This document shows positions 8,918-20,445 of a DNA stretch of 64,000 bases, in pieces. The notes under the pieces are model-generated. The model made no database searches. It was given only the letters and a program-made list of their open reading frames with translations, and was not told the DNA's origin. Within the stretch, counting starts at the first letter, position 1. Each line of letters begins with the position of its first letter. The stretch is from Bacteroidia bacterium (lineage in GTDB: Bacteria; Bacteroidota; Bacteroidia; Bacteroidales; VadinHA17): contig JAPLED010000112.1 in assembly GCA_026391475.1 (NCBI GenBank), forward strand, positions 12,406-76,405, in the 5' to 3' direction. Position numbers and translations under genes: made by a program.

Positions 8918-10375
8918 ATGATGCAGATTGAAGAAATATTAAAGGGGATTGATATTATTTCTCTGACCGGAGAAAGAAGTACAATTATTTCAAATATTGA
9001 ATTTGATTCCCGTAAGGTAACCGGTGGATCCCTTTTTGTTGCTGTAAAGGGATATAAATCTAATGGTCATGATTTTATTAATGCAGCTGTTACATCCGGG
9101 GCTTCAGCTGTTATCTGCGAAATCCTTCCTGAGAATCCGGATAAAAGTATCTGCTGGATAAAAACCGGTGATTCTGCAAGAGCACTCGGATTCGCAGCTT
9201 CAAACTTTTTCGGAAACCCTTCATCTTCACTTAACCTGGTGGGTGTCACAGGCACAAATGGTAAAACAACTATTGTAACTCTCCTGTACCAGATGTTCCT
9301 GCGATTAGGCTATAAATGCGGGCTATTCTCTACTGTCTGCAATTATATTAATGGTAAGGAACTTCCGACAACTCATACAACACCTGATCCAGTTCAGCTC
9401 AACAGTCTGTTATCAGAGATGGTCAGGGAGGGATGCGACTTTGCATTTATGGAAGTAAGTTCCCACTCGGCTGATCAGCAGCGAATTGCCGGATTGAAAT
9501 TTGACGGCGCCATCTTCACTAACCTTACTCACGATCACCTCGATTATCATAAAACCTTTGATAATTACCTGACAGCTAAGAAGAGTTTCTTTGACTCCCT
9601 GCCGGTTGGTTCATTTGCACTTGTAAACATAGATGACAGGAACGGCAGGGTTATGCTGCAGAATTGTAAAGCCCGTCATTACACTTTTTCTGTAAGGGGA
9701 ATGGCCGATTACCGATGCGGAATTATAGAACAGGGTTTCGAAGGGATGGGATTAAAGATACAGGGTGAGGAGGTCTGGACAAGATTTATCGGTGATTTTA
9801 ATGCATCCAATCTGCTTGCAGTATATGCTGCATCTGAGCTTCTTGGCGCAACTAAAAAAGAGATATTGACCATTCTCAGCGATCTGCATCCGGTTTCAGG
9901 CCGACTGGAAGTTGTTAAATCTCCCGGTGGTATCTCCGGCATTGTTGATTATGCCCATACCCCCGATGCTCTTCTGAATGTGATAGATACAATTAACAAG
10001 ATAAGAGAGGGCGGAGCGCAGCTTATCACTGTTGTGGGTGCAGGTGGTGACAGGGATAAGACAAAACGCCCGAAAATGGCAGCAATATCTGCTGAAGGAA
10101 GCAGTAAAATCATACTCACTTCCGATAACCCGAGAACTGAAGATCCTGAAAAGATCCTCGACGATATGGAAACCGGAATCACACCGGATCTTAAAAGAAA
10201 AACACTCAGGATATCCAACAGGCGTGAAGCGATAAAAACGGCGGTAATGCTTGCAAACAGTGGTGATGTGATACTCGTTGCCGGGAAAGGGCACGAGACT
10301 TACCAGGAAATAATGGGAGTGAAACATCACTTCGACGACAGGGAAGAACTGAAAAATGCATTATTACTGAAATAA
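8918..10375 (+). CDS. murE: UDP-MurNAc-L-Ala-D-Glu--2,6-diaminopimelate ligase
   Basis: [11 protein letters not shown]-loop and the DNPR motif ([10 protein letters not shown]) that indicates meso-DAP specificity. Confidence 0.95.
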   Translation: MMQIEEILKGIDIISLTGERSTIISNIEFDSRKVTGGSLFVAVKGYKSNGHDFINAAVTSGASAVICEILPENPDKSICWIKTGDSARALGFAASNFFGNPSSSLNLVGVTGTNGKTTIVTLLYQMFLRLGYKCGLFSTVCNYINGKELPTTHTTPDPVQLNSLLSEMVREGCDFAFMEVSSHSADQQRIAGLKFDGAIFTNLTHDHLDYHKTFDNYLTAKKSFFDSLPVGSFALVNIDDRNGRVMLQNCKARHYTFSVRGMADYRCGIIEQGFEGMGLKIQGEEVWTRFIGDFNASNLLAVYAASELLGATKKEILTILSDLHPVSGRLEVVKSPGGISGIVDYAHTPDALLNVIDTINKIREGGAQLITVVGAGGDRDKTKRPKMAAISAEGSSKIILTSDNPRTEDPEKILDDMETGITPDLKRKTLRISNRREAIKTAVMLANSGDVILVAGKGHETYQEIMGVKHHFDDREELKNALLLK

Positions 10376-10386
10376 AAAGAGAAAAA

Positions 10387-11643
10387 ATGCTTTACTATTT
10401 ATTCCAATATCTTGATAAACTGAATTTCCCCGGAGCAGGAGTTTTTACATTTATCTCTTTCAGGTCTGCAATGGCCATTATCACATCACTGATCATTTCT
10501 CTTCTGATAGGAAAAAGAATAATTCTTTTTCTTCAGAAAAAACAGGTTGGTGAGGTTGTCAGGGATCTTGGCCTCGAAGGACAATATCAGAAAAAGGGGA
10601 CCCCATCGATGGGCGGTATAATTATACTTGCATCTATTATTATTCCGACCCTGTTATTCGCAAAACTCGATAATATCTATGTCATTCTTATACTATTGAC
10701 AACCATATGGTTAGGGTTAATAGGCTTCCTCGATGATTATATTAAGATATTTAAAAAGAATAAAGATGGTCTGGCAGGAAGATTTAAGATAGTAGGGCAG
10801 GTTGGACTCGGACTTATTGTAGGATTGATACTTTTTTTCAGCGATGATGTTATAATTGAGGAAAAGGTCAGCATGGACGCTCTCACTTCGAGAGAGAAAG
10901 TTGAGCTTCTTGATCCGGCAACCCCATATTCTGCACAGGGAGTGATTTCCATGGAAAGAAAATCGACAAAAACTACCATACCTTTCATTAAGAATAATGA
11001 ATTTGACTATTCATGGCTTGTATCATTTATTAATGAAGATCACAGGCAGCCATGGACCTGGCTGGCTTTTGTGATTATTGTAATATTCATTGTTACATCA
11101 GTCTCAAACGGTGCTAATCTTACCGACGGACTCGATGGGCTGGCTACCGGGACATCTGCAATAATCGGAACTGCTCTGGGGATTCTGGCCTATTTATCGA
11201 GTAATATTAAATATGCTGATTATTTGAATATAATGTACATACCAGATTCTGAGGAACTGGTGATTTTTGCCGGTGCATTTATCGGGGCTACAATAGGCTT
11301 CCTCTGGTACAACTCGTACCCGGCACAGGTTTTCATGGGCGATACAGGCAGTCTGGCACTTGGAGGCATAATAGCTGTATTCGCAATAATAATCAGAAAA
11401 GAGCTTTTGATCCCGATACTATGCGGGATATTCCTTGTTGAGAACCTGTCGGTTGTATTGCAGGTTGCCTGGTTTAAAAGAACAAAAAGAAAATATGGAG
11501 TAGGAAGGAGGATTTTCCTCATGGCTCCCCTTCATCACCATTATCAGAAAAAAGGTTACCCTGAACCGAAGATTGTCACACGGTTCTGGATTGTGGCTAT
11601 AATACTGGCTGTAATAAGCATTGTGACGCTTAAGATCAGATAA
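10387..11643 (+). CDS. mraY: phospho-N-acetylmuramoyl-pentapeptide transferase
   Basis: Polytopic membrane protein with [13 protein letters not shown] and [12 protein letters not shown] motifs. Confidence 0.95.
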   Translation: MLYYLFQYLDKLNFPGAGVFTFISFRSAMAIITSLIISLLIGKRIILFLQKKQVGEVVRDLGLEGQYQKKGTPSMGGIIILASIIIPTLLFAKLDNIYVILILLTTIWLGLIGFLDDYIKIFKKNKDGLAGRFKIVGQVGLGLIVGLILFFSDDVIIEEKVSMDALTSREKVELLDPATPYSAQGVISMERKSTKTTIPFIKNNEFDYSWLVSFINEDHRQPWTWLAFVIIVIFIVTSVSNGANLTDGLDGLATGTSAIIGTALGILAYLSSNIKYADYLNIMYIPDSEELVIFAGAFIGATIGFLWYNSYPAQVFMGDTGSLALGGIIAVFAIIIRKELLIPILCGIFLVENLSVVLQVAWFKRTKRKYGVGRRIFLMAPLHHHYQKKGYPEPKIVTRFWIVAIILAVISIVTLKIR

Positions 11644-11647
11644 TAAA

Positions 11648-12985
11648 ATGAAGAAGAAAATTGTAATTCTGGGGGCAGGAGAAAGTGGTGCGGGATCGGC
11701 AGTACTGGCACAAAAGAATGGGTTTGACGTGTTTGTATCCGACAAGGGTCAGATAAAAGAAAAATACAGGGAAATTCTTGATAATTATAATATTAAGTGG
11801 GAGGAAGGGAATCACGACGAAAGAATCATCCTTTCTGCAGGTGAGGTTATTAAGAGTCCGGGAATACCTGAAAATGCACCAGTAATCATCAGGATCCGCG
11901 AAAAGGGTATCCCTGTTATATCAGAAATAGAGTTCGCCGGCAGATATGTTGAGGGTATCAAAATTTGTATCACGGGGAGCAATGGTAAAACAACAGTTAC
12001 AAATCTGATCTACCATATTCTGAAAAAAGCAGGAAAGAATGTCGCAATGACCGGTAATGTCGGAAACAGTTTTGCCATGGCTGTTGCAGAAGGTTCATAT
12101 GATTATTATGTAATTGAATTGAGCAGTTTTCAGCTCGACGGAATGTATGAATTCAAAGCAGATATTGCTGTTCTGATGAATATTACGTCTGATCATCTTG
12201 ACAGATACGGGTACAAACTTCAGAATTATGTTGATTCCAAATTCAGAATAACACAAAACCAGACGAAATCTGATTTCCTGATTTACTGGGCTGGAGATCC
12301 GATCATTGAAGCTGAACTATCTAAGAAGCAATACGGAATGACTCTGCTTCCTTTTTCTGATGAAATAAAGGAAGGTATGGCTGCTTATGTCGAAAACAAC
12401 GAATTAATAATTGATTACCCAAATAAAACCAATCTTATGACAATTCATGAATTGGCACTTAAAGGCCGTCACAACACCTACAACTCAATGGCAGCAGCTA
12501 TTGCCGGTAAAGTCCTTAATATCCGCAAAGACGTAATCAGGGAAAGTCTCGCTGATTTTCAGGGAGTTGAACACAGGTTAGAACCGGTTATTACGGTTTG
12601 CGGTATTAACTTCATTAACGATTCAAAAGCTACCAATGTCAACTCAACATGGTATGCTATTGAGTGTATGGAAAACGATATCATATGGATCGTCGGTGGA
12701 ATAGACAAAGGTAATGACTATTCAGAACTATTTCCGGTGGTCAGGAAAAAGGTCAAAGCGATTGTTTGCCTTGGCAAGGATAACAAGAAAATTGTTGAAG
12801 CTTTTAAAGATAAGGTTGCGACAATTGTTGAAACAACGTCGATGGAAGAGGCTGTAAGGTCTTCATATTACCTGGCAAAGAAGGGTGAAACGGTGTTATT
12901 GTCACCTGCATGTGCAAGTTTTGATCTTTTCAGGAATTATGAAGACAGGGGTCGTCAGTTTAAACAGGCAGTAAGAAACCTTTAA
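11648..12985 (+). CDS. murD: UDP-N-acetylmuramoylalanine--D-glutamate ligase
   Basis: ITGSNGKTT P-loop, Mur ligase architecture and position in the dcw cluster. Confidence 0.95.
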   Translation: MKKKIVILGAGESGAGSAVLAQKNGFDVFVSDKGQIKEKYREILDNYNIKWEEGNHDERIILSAGEVIKSPGIPENAPVIIRIREKGIPVISEIEFAGRYVEGIKICITGSNGKTTVTNLIYHILKKAGKNVAMTGNVGNSFAMAVAEGSYDYYVIELSSFQLDGMYEFKADIAVLMNITSDHLDRYGYKLQNYVDSKFRITQNQTKSDFLIYWAGDPIIEAELSKKQYGMTLLPFSDEIKEGMAAYVENNELIIDYPNKTNLMTIHELALKGRHNTYNSMAAAIAGKVLNIRKDVIRESLADFQGVEHRLEPVITVCGINFINDSKATNVNSTWYAIECMENDIIWIVGGIDKGNDYSELFPVVRKKVKAIVCLGKDNKKIVEAFKDKVATIVETTSMEEAVRSSYYLAKKGETVLLSPACASFDLFRNYEDRGRQFKQAVRNL

Positions 12986-12997
12986 TCAAAGAGTTAG

Positions 12998-14209
12998 ATG
13001 CAACAGGGCTGGCTTACAAAGACATTTAAAGGAGACAGGGCTATATGGGGTCTTGTGACTCTTTTTATGGTCTATTCCCTACTGTCTGTTTACAGCTCTT
13101 CTGTAGGTGTGGCCTTTATGAAATATGGTGGCAATACGACGTACTTTCTCAGGAGCCAGTTTTTAATGCTCGTATTAAGCCTTATAATAATTGTAGTTGT
13201 TCATTATCTTCCGTACAGGATATATTTTTCGATGGCGGGGTTGATCCTGATCGGGGCTGTAGGATTGCTGATCCTTACCTTTGCTTTCGGATCGAGGGTT
13301 AACGAGGCGACACGGTGGCTGGTCATCCCGGGAACAGGATTCAGACTTCAGACATCTGATGTCGCCAAGGTGGCACTTGTTCTGTATCTTGCCAGAACAT
13401 TGGCCAAATACCAGGACAAACTGAATAATTTCATGCTTGTTACAAAGTATCTTCTTTTTCCGATAGCCATTGTCTGCGGTCTGATCTTACCTGAAAACCT
13501 CTCAACCGCACTTATGATATTCGGTATAAGTATGATAATTATGTTCATAGGAAGGGTTCCGTTCAAATTTCTTCTGGCTTATATTGGCATTGCAGTTATG
13601 GCTGTTGTCCTGTTTGCCATGGTTCTTACCATAGTTAAAAAAGATAACAGGGTTCAGGTCTGGAAAAACAGGATCGAACATTTTTTCTCAGGTGCCGTGG
13701 ATGAGGATGGTGATTATCAGTCTAACCAGGCAAAGATAGCTATCTCAACCGGAGGGTTATTCGGGAAGGCTCCCGGAAAAAGTACGCAGAGAAACATGCT
13801 TCCCCAATCGAACTCTGACTTCATTTTTGCAATAATAATAGAGGAATATGGATTATTGTTCGGTGCCATACCCCTCATACTTGCTTATATGATATTGCTT
13901 TTCAGGGGGATTACAATAGCGAAGAAATGTGAGACGGCATTCCCGGCTTTTCTGGTAATGGGTTTAATTGTAATGATCGTTGTTCAGGCTATGCTTAATA
14001 TGCTGGTTGCAGTGGGGTTATTTCCGGTTACAGGCCAGACACTTCCAATGGTAAGTTGGGGAAGGACCTCTGTACTTATGATGAGTTTTTCAATAGGTGC
14101 AATACTAAGTGTAAGCCGGGTGGTAAATGCAAGGATTAAAAATGAAGAACTTCCTGAAGAGGAAATTACGGATGAAGGAGAAAAGATATATGAGCCTGCA
14201 AAAACATAA
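12998..14209 (+). CDS. ftsW: FtsW/RodA/SpoVE-family peptidoglycan glycosyltransferase
   Basis: Polytopic membrane protein with the LPQSNSDFIFAII motif, at the ftsW position in the dcw cluster. Confidence 0.9.
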   Translation: MQQGWLTKTFKGDRAIWGLVTLFMVYSLLSVYSSSVGVAFMKYGGNTTYFLRSQFLMLVLSLIIIVVVHYLPYRIYFSMAGLILIGAVGLLILTFAFGSRVNEATRWLVIPGTGFRLQTSDVAKVALVLYLARTLAKYQDKLNNFMLVTKYLLFPIAIVCGLILPENLSTALMIFGISMIIMFIGRVPFKFLLAYIGIAVMAVVLFAMVLTIVKKDNRVQVWKNRIEHFFSGAVDEDGDYQSNQAKIAISTGGLFGKAPGKSTQRNMLPQSNSDFIFAIIIEEYGLLFGAIPLILAYMILLFRGITIAKKCETAFPAFLVMGLIVMIVVQAMLNMLVAVGLFPVTGQTLPMVSWGRTSVLMMSFSIGAILSVSRVVNARIKNEELPEEEITDEGEKIYEPAKT

Positions 14210-15302
14210 GAGGGTGATTATAAGCGGCGGAGGCACCGGGGGGCATATCTTCCCTGCTATTTCTATTGCCAATGCTCTCAGGAGAATTGATCCTGAGATC
14301 GATATCCTCTTTGTTGGTGCTGAAGGAAGAATGGAGATGGAAAAAATTCCGGCGGCAGGTTACAGGATAATCGGATTACCGGTTGCCGGTATACACAGGA
14401 GTCTGACCCTGAAAAACATCGCAGTGATTTTAAAACTTTTCAGAAGCCTTGGCATGGCGAAAAAAGTTTTAAGCGAATTTGAGCCGGATGTAGTTGTAGG
14501 AGTAGGAGGTTATGCCAGTGGACCGGTTCTCAGACAAGCTGGAAAAATGGGAATTCCGACTTTGATTCAGGAGCAGAACAGTTATGCCGGGGTGACAAAT
14601 AAGCTTCTTGCAAAAAAGGCTTCAGTTATTTGTGTTGCATACGACGGGATGGATAAGTACTTCCCGGCAGAAAAGATTATTAAAACCGGAAACCCTGTTC
14701 GCCAGAATTTCGATGATCTTAAAAAGCTGGAGACTGAGGCATTGTTATTTTTCAATCTGAAAAAGGGCTTCCCCGTGATTCTGGTACTTGGTGGGTCACT
14801 TGGTGCAGGAAGTATTAATAAAAGCCTTTCGGAAAACATTAATATGCTTAGAGACCCGGATTGCCAGTGGTTATGGCAGACAGGAAAACATTATTTTGAA
14901 AACGTTAAGGCACTGGTCTCGCTCTCTTTCAGTGAAAATATTTCGGTGCACGGATTCATTAACAGGATGGATTATGCTTATGCAGCAGCAGATATAATAG
15001 TGTCGAGAGCCGGTGCAGGTACCATATCCGAGCTATGCCTTATTGGGAAACCCGTAATACTTGTTCCTTCTACAAATGTTGCAGAAGATCACCAGACCAA
15101 AAATGCAAAAGCTTTGTCAGAAAAAGAAGCTGCAGTGTTAATAACTGATGATCAGGCAATTAAAACACTTGTAAATGAGGCAATTAAACTGGTTTCAGAT
15201 AAAACCAAAAGAGTTGTGCTTTCTGAAAACATTCTAAAAATGGCCTACAGGGATGCTGATATCAGAATAGCAGAAGAGGTACTAAAGCTTGCAGGAAAAT
15301 GA
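14190..15302 (+). CDS. murG: UDP-GlcNAc--MurNAc-pentapeptide GlcNAc transferase
   Basis: GGGTGGHIFPA motif immediately after MSLQKHKRV. I place the start at ATG 14190; the ORF track extends to 14127 and ATG 14172 is also possible. Confidence 0.9.
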   Translation: MSLQKHKRVIISGGGTGGHIFPAISIANALRRIDPEIDILFVGAEGRMEMEKIPAAGYRIIGLPVAGIHRSLTLKNIAVILKLFRSLGMAKKVLSEFEPDVVVGVGGYASGPVLRQAGKMGIPTLIQEQNSYAGVTNKLLAKKASVICVAYDGMDKYFPAEKIIKTGNPVRQNFDDLKKLETEALLFFNLKKGFPVILVLGGSLGAGSINKSLSENINMLRDPDCQWLWQTGKHYFENVKALVSLSFSENISVHGFINRMDYAYAAADIIVSRAGAGTISELCLIGKPVILVPSTNVAEDHQTKNAKALSEKEAAVLITDDQAIKTLVNEAIKLVSDKTKRVVLSENILKMAYRDADIRIAEEVLKLAGK

Positions 15303-16693
15303 TTGATTTCAAAAATATAAAAGGAATTTATTTTGTCGGGATTGGCGGTATCGGCATGAGCGCCCTTGCTCTTTATTTTGAAAAGGGTGGTTATACTATT
15401 GCAGGATACGACAGGTCTGAAAGCAAAATAACTCTTTCACTGATTGAATGTGGCTGTACTGTTTCATATGAGGAAAATATTAGCGGTTTACCTGACCTCT
15501 TCGGGAATATTTATAATAAAGACAAGGTTTTAATAGTTTATACTCCTGCTATCCCTGGCGAGAACAGGATTCTTTCTTATTTCAGAAATAACGGTTACAG
15601 GCTTTATAAACGTTCAGAGGTTCTTGGTGAAATATCAGCCAATACAGATACACTGGCGGTGGCCGGTACTCACGGCAAGACTACTGTTTCCACTATGATT
15701 GCACATTTATTGAAGCAGTCGCAAGTTGACTGCTCTGCATTTCTTGGCGGAATCTCAAAAAACTATGATTCAAATCTTCTCTTAGGCGAAGGCAGATATA
15801 CTGTAATGGAGGCTGACGAATTCGATCGTTCCTTCCACCAGCTTAAACCACTGATGGCAGTAGTGACTTCGCTCGATGCCGACCATCTTGATATCTATGG
15901 TGATCAGGGTACGATGGTTGAGGCATATAATGAGTTCTGCAATAAAATCAGACCAAAAGGCAAGCTGGTCGTAAACAGCAAAATACGAAAAGAAATTGAC
16001 GTTCCTGAGGGTGTGACTTGTTATACATACGGACTTGATTCCAAAGCTGATTACGATGCCTTCAACATTGAGCATTGCAAGAATTATTACAGGTTCAATA
16101 TAAAAACCCCCACAACAATAATTGAAGATCTGCATTTTGCATTCCCGGGTATAATAAATATCGAAAATTTTACTGCCGCTATTGCCATTGCACTTATGTG
16201 CGGAGTTACGGTACAGGAAATCAGGAAAGCCGTCGTTCTCTTTCAAGGTGTCAGGAGAAGGTTTGATATAAGGATCAATTGTCCGGGTCTTGCCTATGTT
16301 GATGATTATGCACACCATCCGGAGGAGATAAAGACCTGCATAACCTCAGTAAAAGAGTATTTCAGCGGAAGAAAAATTACCGGGATTTTCCAGCCGCACC
16401 TTTTTACACGCACACGCGACCATGCTGACGGATTTGCCGCTATTCTTGATGAACTGGATGAGGTAATTCTTCTTCCCATATATCCTGCACGTGAAAAAGC
16501 GATTGCGGGAGTTACATCAGAAATGATTTTTAATAAAATGAAGTCCGGGAATCGAAGACTTCTAAACAAAGAAGATATACCAGGGAAACTCGATGTAAGC
16601 AAACTGGATGTACTGCTTACAATCGGAGCCGGTGATATAGACACCCTTGTCAGTCCCATTGAAGAGAAGCTCAGGAAGGAGAGAGTGAGATGA
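15299..16693 (+). CDS. murC: UDP-N-acetylmuramate--L-alanine ligase
   Basis: GIGGIGMSALA and AGTHGKTT motifs. ATGA overlap with murG. Confidence 0.95.
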   Translation: MIDFKNIKGIYFVGIGGIGMSALALYFEKGGYTIAGYDRSESKITLSLIECGCTVSYEENISGLPDLFGNIYNKDKVLIVYTPAIPGENRILSYFRNNGYRLYKRSEVLGEISANTDTLAVAGTHGKTTVSTMIAHLLKQSQVDCSAFLGGISKNYDSNLLLGEGRYTVMEADEFDRSFHQLKPLMAVVTSLDADHLDIYGDQGTMVEAYNEFCNKIRPKGKLVVNSKIRKEIDVPEGVTCYTYGLDSKADYDAFNIEHCKNYYRFNIKTPTTIIEDLHFAFPGIINIENFTAAIAIALMCGVTVQEIRKAVVLFQGVRRRFDIRINCPGLAYVDDYAHHPEEIKTCITSVKEYFSGRKITGIFQPHLFTRTRDHADGFAAILDELDEVILLPIYPAREKAIAGVTSEMIFNKMKSGNRRLLNKEDIPGKLDVSKLDVLLTIGAGDIDTLVSPIEEKLRKERVR

Positions 16694-17466
16694 AGAAGCT
16701 TTTAAAGATATTAATATTTATTCCTGTGTTATACCTCTTTATAATACCGGTTTACCTGGTCGGTACCACAAATGCAAAACCATGCGGAGGAATTGTTATT
16801 GATATAAAAGACTCATCTGATTTTCATTTTGTTACCAAAAGACAATTGTTAAATCTTGCATATGGAAATTCAGGAAGAATACTTGGTAAGCCCGTAAAAG
16901 AGGTTTCAGTTGCTGAAATAGAAAGCAGAATAAATGTATTGAGAGAATTAAAAGAGGTTGAAGTGTATATGACAATTGACGGAACAGTGCATGTCTATGC
17001 CGACCAGCGCGATCCGGTTATGAGAGTGATGCCGGATAATGGGGGAGATTATTTTATTGATGAAGATGGGGTTGTAGTGAGAAGAAGAAATCTTTATAAC
17101 CCACGGTTACACATAGTCGGTGGCAATGTGAATATCAGCTCAGCTATGCTTGACGGAGTAAGCGTCCTTGATACAAGTATTAAAAATTCAATCCTTAAGG
17201 ATATTTATCACCTGGTCAATTATATAAATGACGACAATTTCTGGTCAGCTCAGATCGACCAGATCTATGTTGACGGTAATGATGAAATTGACCTTATTCC
17301 ACGTGTCGGCAACCAACTTGTACACATGGGGACCGCTGAAAATTTTGAAGGAAAACTAAGGAACCTGGAGGCCTTCTACGATAAGGTGTTACCTGAAGTG
17401 GGATGGAATAAATATTCATTAATAAACCTGGAATTTAAAGATCAGATAGTTTGTAAAAAAAGATAA
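16690..17466 (+). CDS. ftsQ: cell division protein FtsQ/DivIB-like
   Basis: N-terminal TM followed by a POTRA-like region. Lies between murC and ftsA, with an ATGA overlap with murC. Confidence 0.75.
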   Translation: MKKLLKILIFIPVLYLFIIPVYLVGTTNAKPCGGIVIDIKDSSDFHFVTKRQLLNLAYGNSGRILGKPVKEVSVAEIESRINVLRELKEVEVYMTIDGTVHVYADQRDPVMRVMPDNGGDYFIDEDGVVVRRRNLYNPRLHIVGGNVNISSAMLDGVSVLDTSIKNSILKDIYHLVNYINDDNFWSAQIDQIYVDGNDEIDLIPRVGNQLVHMGTAENFEGKLRNLEAFYDKVLPEVGWNKYSLINLEFKDQIVCKKR

Positions 17467-17489
17467 TCATAAATAACCATATTTAAATT

Positions 17490-18845
17490 ATGAGCAAAAA
17501 AGAACAGTATGTAGCAGCAATCGACATCGGTACCACAAAAATTGTGGCGATTGTCGGTAAGAAAAACGAGAATGGCAAGATTGAGATTCTCGGACTTAGC
17601 AAAGCTCCTTCCAAAGGTGTGAAGAGAGGCGTGGTTCTTAATATTGAGGAGACAGTAAACGCCATTCAGACAACCGTGGAGGACGTACAGAAAAGATCAG
17701 GCATTTTATTCTCAGAGGTCTTTGTAGGGATTGCCGGTCAGCATATTAAAAGTATGAAAAACCGTGGCTATATTATGCGCGAGGCATATGATGATGAAAT
17801 CCAGAAAGAGGAGGTCTTCAAACTGATTGAGGATATGCATAAAATCCATATCGACATCGGAGAGGAAATAATTCATGTAATCCCTCAGAATTTCATTGTT
17901 GATAACGAGACAGGGGTAAAGAGCCCTATCGGCATGTGCGGCAGACGGCTGGAGGCCAACTTTCATATTGTTATAGGTCAGGTTGCTGCCGCAAAGAACA
18001 TTGAAAAATGTATACGGAAAGCAAATCTGACAGTGAAGGATATGATCCTGGAGCCACTTGCATCATCAGATGCTGTGCTTACCGAGGATGAAAAAGAGGC
18101 CGGAGTGGTACTGGTGGATATTGGTGGCGGAACAACAGATGTAGCGGTATATTATGATAATATTATCCGTCATACTGCGGTGATCCCGTTTGGCGGAAAT
18201 GTTGTGACAAAAGATATTAAGGAGGGTTGCTCAATCCTACAGAGACATGCCGAACAGCTTAAAATTCAGTACGGTTCAGCTCTGGGAGATATTGCCCCTG
18301 AGGATAAGGTTGTATCAATCCCGGGTATCAGCGGAAGAGAACCGAAAGAGATTTCATTTAAAAGCCTCGCTTATATTATCCAGTCGAGGATGGAAGAGAT
18401 TATAGACGCTGTGAATTTTGAAATTCAGAATTCCGGTTATGCTGATAAACTTGCTGCCGGTGTCGTAATAACCGGAGGGGGTGCTTTGCTGAAACACCTG
18501 CCTCAATTGATGAAATTCAAAACAGCGATGGATGTAAGAATAGGTCTGCCGAATGAACATCTTGCCGGATCGGCAAAAAATGAAATTAACCAGCCGATGT
18601 ATGCAACAAGTGTCGGGTTGATAATGCGTGGCTTCGACTATCTGGAGACATATAAAAAATCATTTAATGCCGGCGTTAAGGAAGAGTATGTTAAACCAAA
18701 AGTTGCAGTTGTGGCACAGCATGAGGAAGAAGAGGAGGAAGAATTAAAACCTTCTGTTCAGGAAGAGGAAAAAATACCCCTTACCGAAAAGATCAAGATT
18801 ATGCTGTCAAGAATGTTTGAGGTTGAAGATCAGTCTATAAAATGA
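17490..18845 (+). CDS. ftsA: cell division protein FtsA
   Basis: Actin-fold motifs AIDIGTTKI and VDIGGGTTD. Acidic linker (EEEEEEE) and a C-terminal amphipathic helix. Confidence 0.95.
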   Translation: MSKKEQYVAAIDIGTTKIVAIVGKKNENGKIEILGLSKAPSKGVKRGVVLNIEETVNAIQTTVEDVQKRSGILFSEVFVGIAGQHIKSMKNRGYIMREAYDDEIQKEEVFKLIEDMHKIHIDIGEEIIHVIPQNFIVDNETGVKSPIGMCGRRLEANFHIVIGQVAAAKNIEKCIRKANLTVKDMILEPLASSDAVLTEDEKEAGVVLVDIGGGTTDVAVYYDNIIRHTAVIPFGGNVVTKDIKEGCSILQRHAEQLKIQYGSALGDIAPEDKVVSIPGISGREPKEISFKSLAYIIQSRMEEIIDAVNFEIQNSGYADKLAAGVVITGGGALLKHLPQLMKFKTAMDVRIGLPNEHLAGSAKNEINQPMYATSVGLIMRGFDYLETYKKSFNAGVKEEYVKPKVAVVAQHEEEEEEELKPSVQEEEKIPLTEKIKIMLSRMFEVEDQSIK

Positions 18846-18907
18846 TCAGAAAAATATGGTTTTACTCTTAAGTATATGTTGTTCATAATAAATTAAATAA
18901 CTACACT

Positions 18908-20392
18908 ATGTCAGACGATATAATGAACTTTGATCTGCCGGTAGAGAGATCGTCGATTATTAAAGTTCTCGGAATAGGTGGCGGTGGCAATAACGCTGTT
19001 AATCACATGTTTGAAAAGGGTATCCAGGATGTAAATTTTGTGGTTTGCAATACTGACCATCAGGCCCTCTCAAAAAGCCAGGTCCCGATAAAGGTTCAGA
19101 TTGGGGAATCCCTCACTGAAGGCAGGGGTGCCGGGAGTAAACCTGAAGTCGGCAGACAGGCTGCTATTGAGAATATCGATGATGTTATGAATGCATTATC
19201 GGGCAATACAAAAATGGTTTTTATAACTACTGGTATGGGAGGAGGTACCGGCACCGGGGCTACACCGGTTATTGCAAAAGCATGCAAGGATGCCGGACTG
19301 CTTACCATTGCGGTAGTTACAATCCCGTTTAAATCGGAAGGGAAGGTACGTATAAGGCAGGCGATTGATGGTATTACTGAACTTAAAGATCATGTTGATT
19401 CACTGTTGGTTATAAACAATGAAAAGCTCAGGGAGATATACGGTAACCAACCTGTTTCGACTGCTTTTGCAAAGGCCGATGATATTCTGACTACAGCTGT
19501 AAAAGGTATAGCCGAGATCATTACTGTTACAGGATATATAAATGTTGATTTTGCTGATGTGGAAACAGTAATGAAAAACTCGGGAGTTTCTATAATGGGC
19601 ATGGGAAAGGCAGCAGGGGAAAACAGGGCGATAAAAGCAATCGAAAATGCACTTGCCTCTCCTCTGTTGAATTCCAATGATGTCACCGGGGCAAACAGTA
19701 TTCTGATCAATATTTCTTCGGGGATCGGAGAACATGAGATCACCATGGATGAACTGGGGGAAATAACTGATTACATGTACGATGCAGCATCGGATAATGC
19801 ATTGATAATCAGAGGGCTATCAAAAGATGAAAACCTTAATGAGGAAATATGTGTCACGGTTATTGCAACAGGCTTTGAATCTAATAGTATTTTTCAGCCC
19901 TATAAGCCTAAAAAGCCCAGCAAAGTTGAATTAATGCCAAATAATAATGCAATTCCCTCCCGTATTATACCTGAGACCGGCGATGATGTCTTTTCTGTAC
20001 ATGAGAAAGGGAAAAAGTCTATTATTGCCGATTTTGAAGAGGAATTTCAGGGCGTGATTGATTTCGGTCTTGAAAATATTGAAGAACTCAATGAAATCAG
20101 AAGCAGGAGAACAGGCGGGAATGATGAGGTTCATGAAAAGCCCCAGGCAACTTTGAGAAAGGTGAAACATATGCAGAACCTGCTGAAAAATGAGGGACTG
20201 TCAAATAAGACCATGAAAGAGAATATTGATTCATTTGAAGATGTGCCTGCATATGTCAGAAAAAACATGGCGATTGGTGCATCAGAGAATGCTGCAGAAA
20301 GCAAATTGTCAAAATTCACCTTAACTTCCGGCGAGAATGAAGAGCCTGTTTTAAGGGAGAACAACGCTTATCTGAATGATAATGTAGATTAA
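18908..20392 (+). CDS. ftsZ: cell division GTPase FtsZ
   Basis: GGGTGTGA tubulin signature and NTDHQAL motif. Long linker, a DVPAYVRKN C-terminal peptide, then a 40-aa extension. Confidence 0.97.
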   Translation: MSDDIMNFDLPVERSSIIKVLGIGGGGNNAVNHMFEKGIQDVNFVVCNTDHQALSKSQVPIKVQIGESLTEGRGAGSKPEVGRQAAIENIDDVMNALSGNTKMVFITTGMGGGTGTGATPVIAKACKDAGLLTIAVVTIPFKSEGKVRIRQAIDGITELKDHVDSLLVINNEKLREIYGNQPVSTAFAKADDILTTAVKGIAEIITVTGYINVDFADVETVMKNSGVSIMGMGKAAGENRAIKAIENALASPLLNSNDVTGANSILINISSGIGEHEITMDELGEITDYMYDAASDNALIIRGLSKDENLNEEICVTVIATGFESNSIFQPYKPKKPSKVELMPNNNAIPSRIIPETGDDVFSVHEKGKKSIIADFEEEFQGVIDFGLENIEELNEIRSRRTGGNDEVHEKPQATLRKVKHMQNLLKNEGLSNKTMKENIDSFEDVPAYVRKNMAIGASENAAESKLSKFTLTSGENEEPVLRENNAYLNDNVD

Positions 20393-20445
20393 TTATTTAT
20401 GGAATAACATATCAAAAAAATTAAAGGCTGAGGAAAAAAGGCCAA

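Noticed and set aside
15782-16318. Long antisense ORFs inside well-supported genes. Examples: 178 aa antisense to murC; also 6134-6601, 9896-10330, 38123-38575, 39238-39675, 46616-47101, 52489-52896 and 60993-61430.
   Set aside because: Each lies fully within a strongly supported conserved gene on the opposite strand. Their translations are low-complexity with no recognisable motifs. Such ORFs are a common by-product of codon bias.
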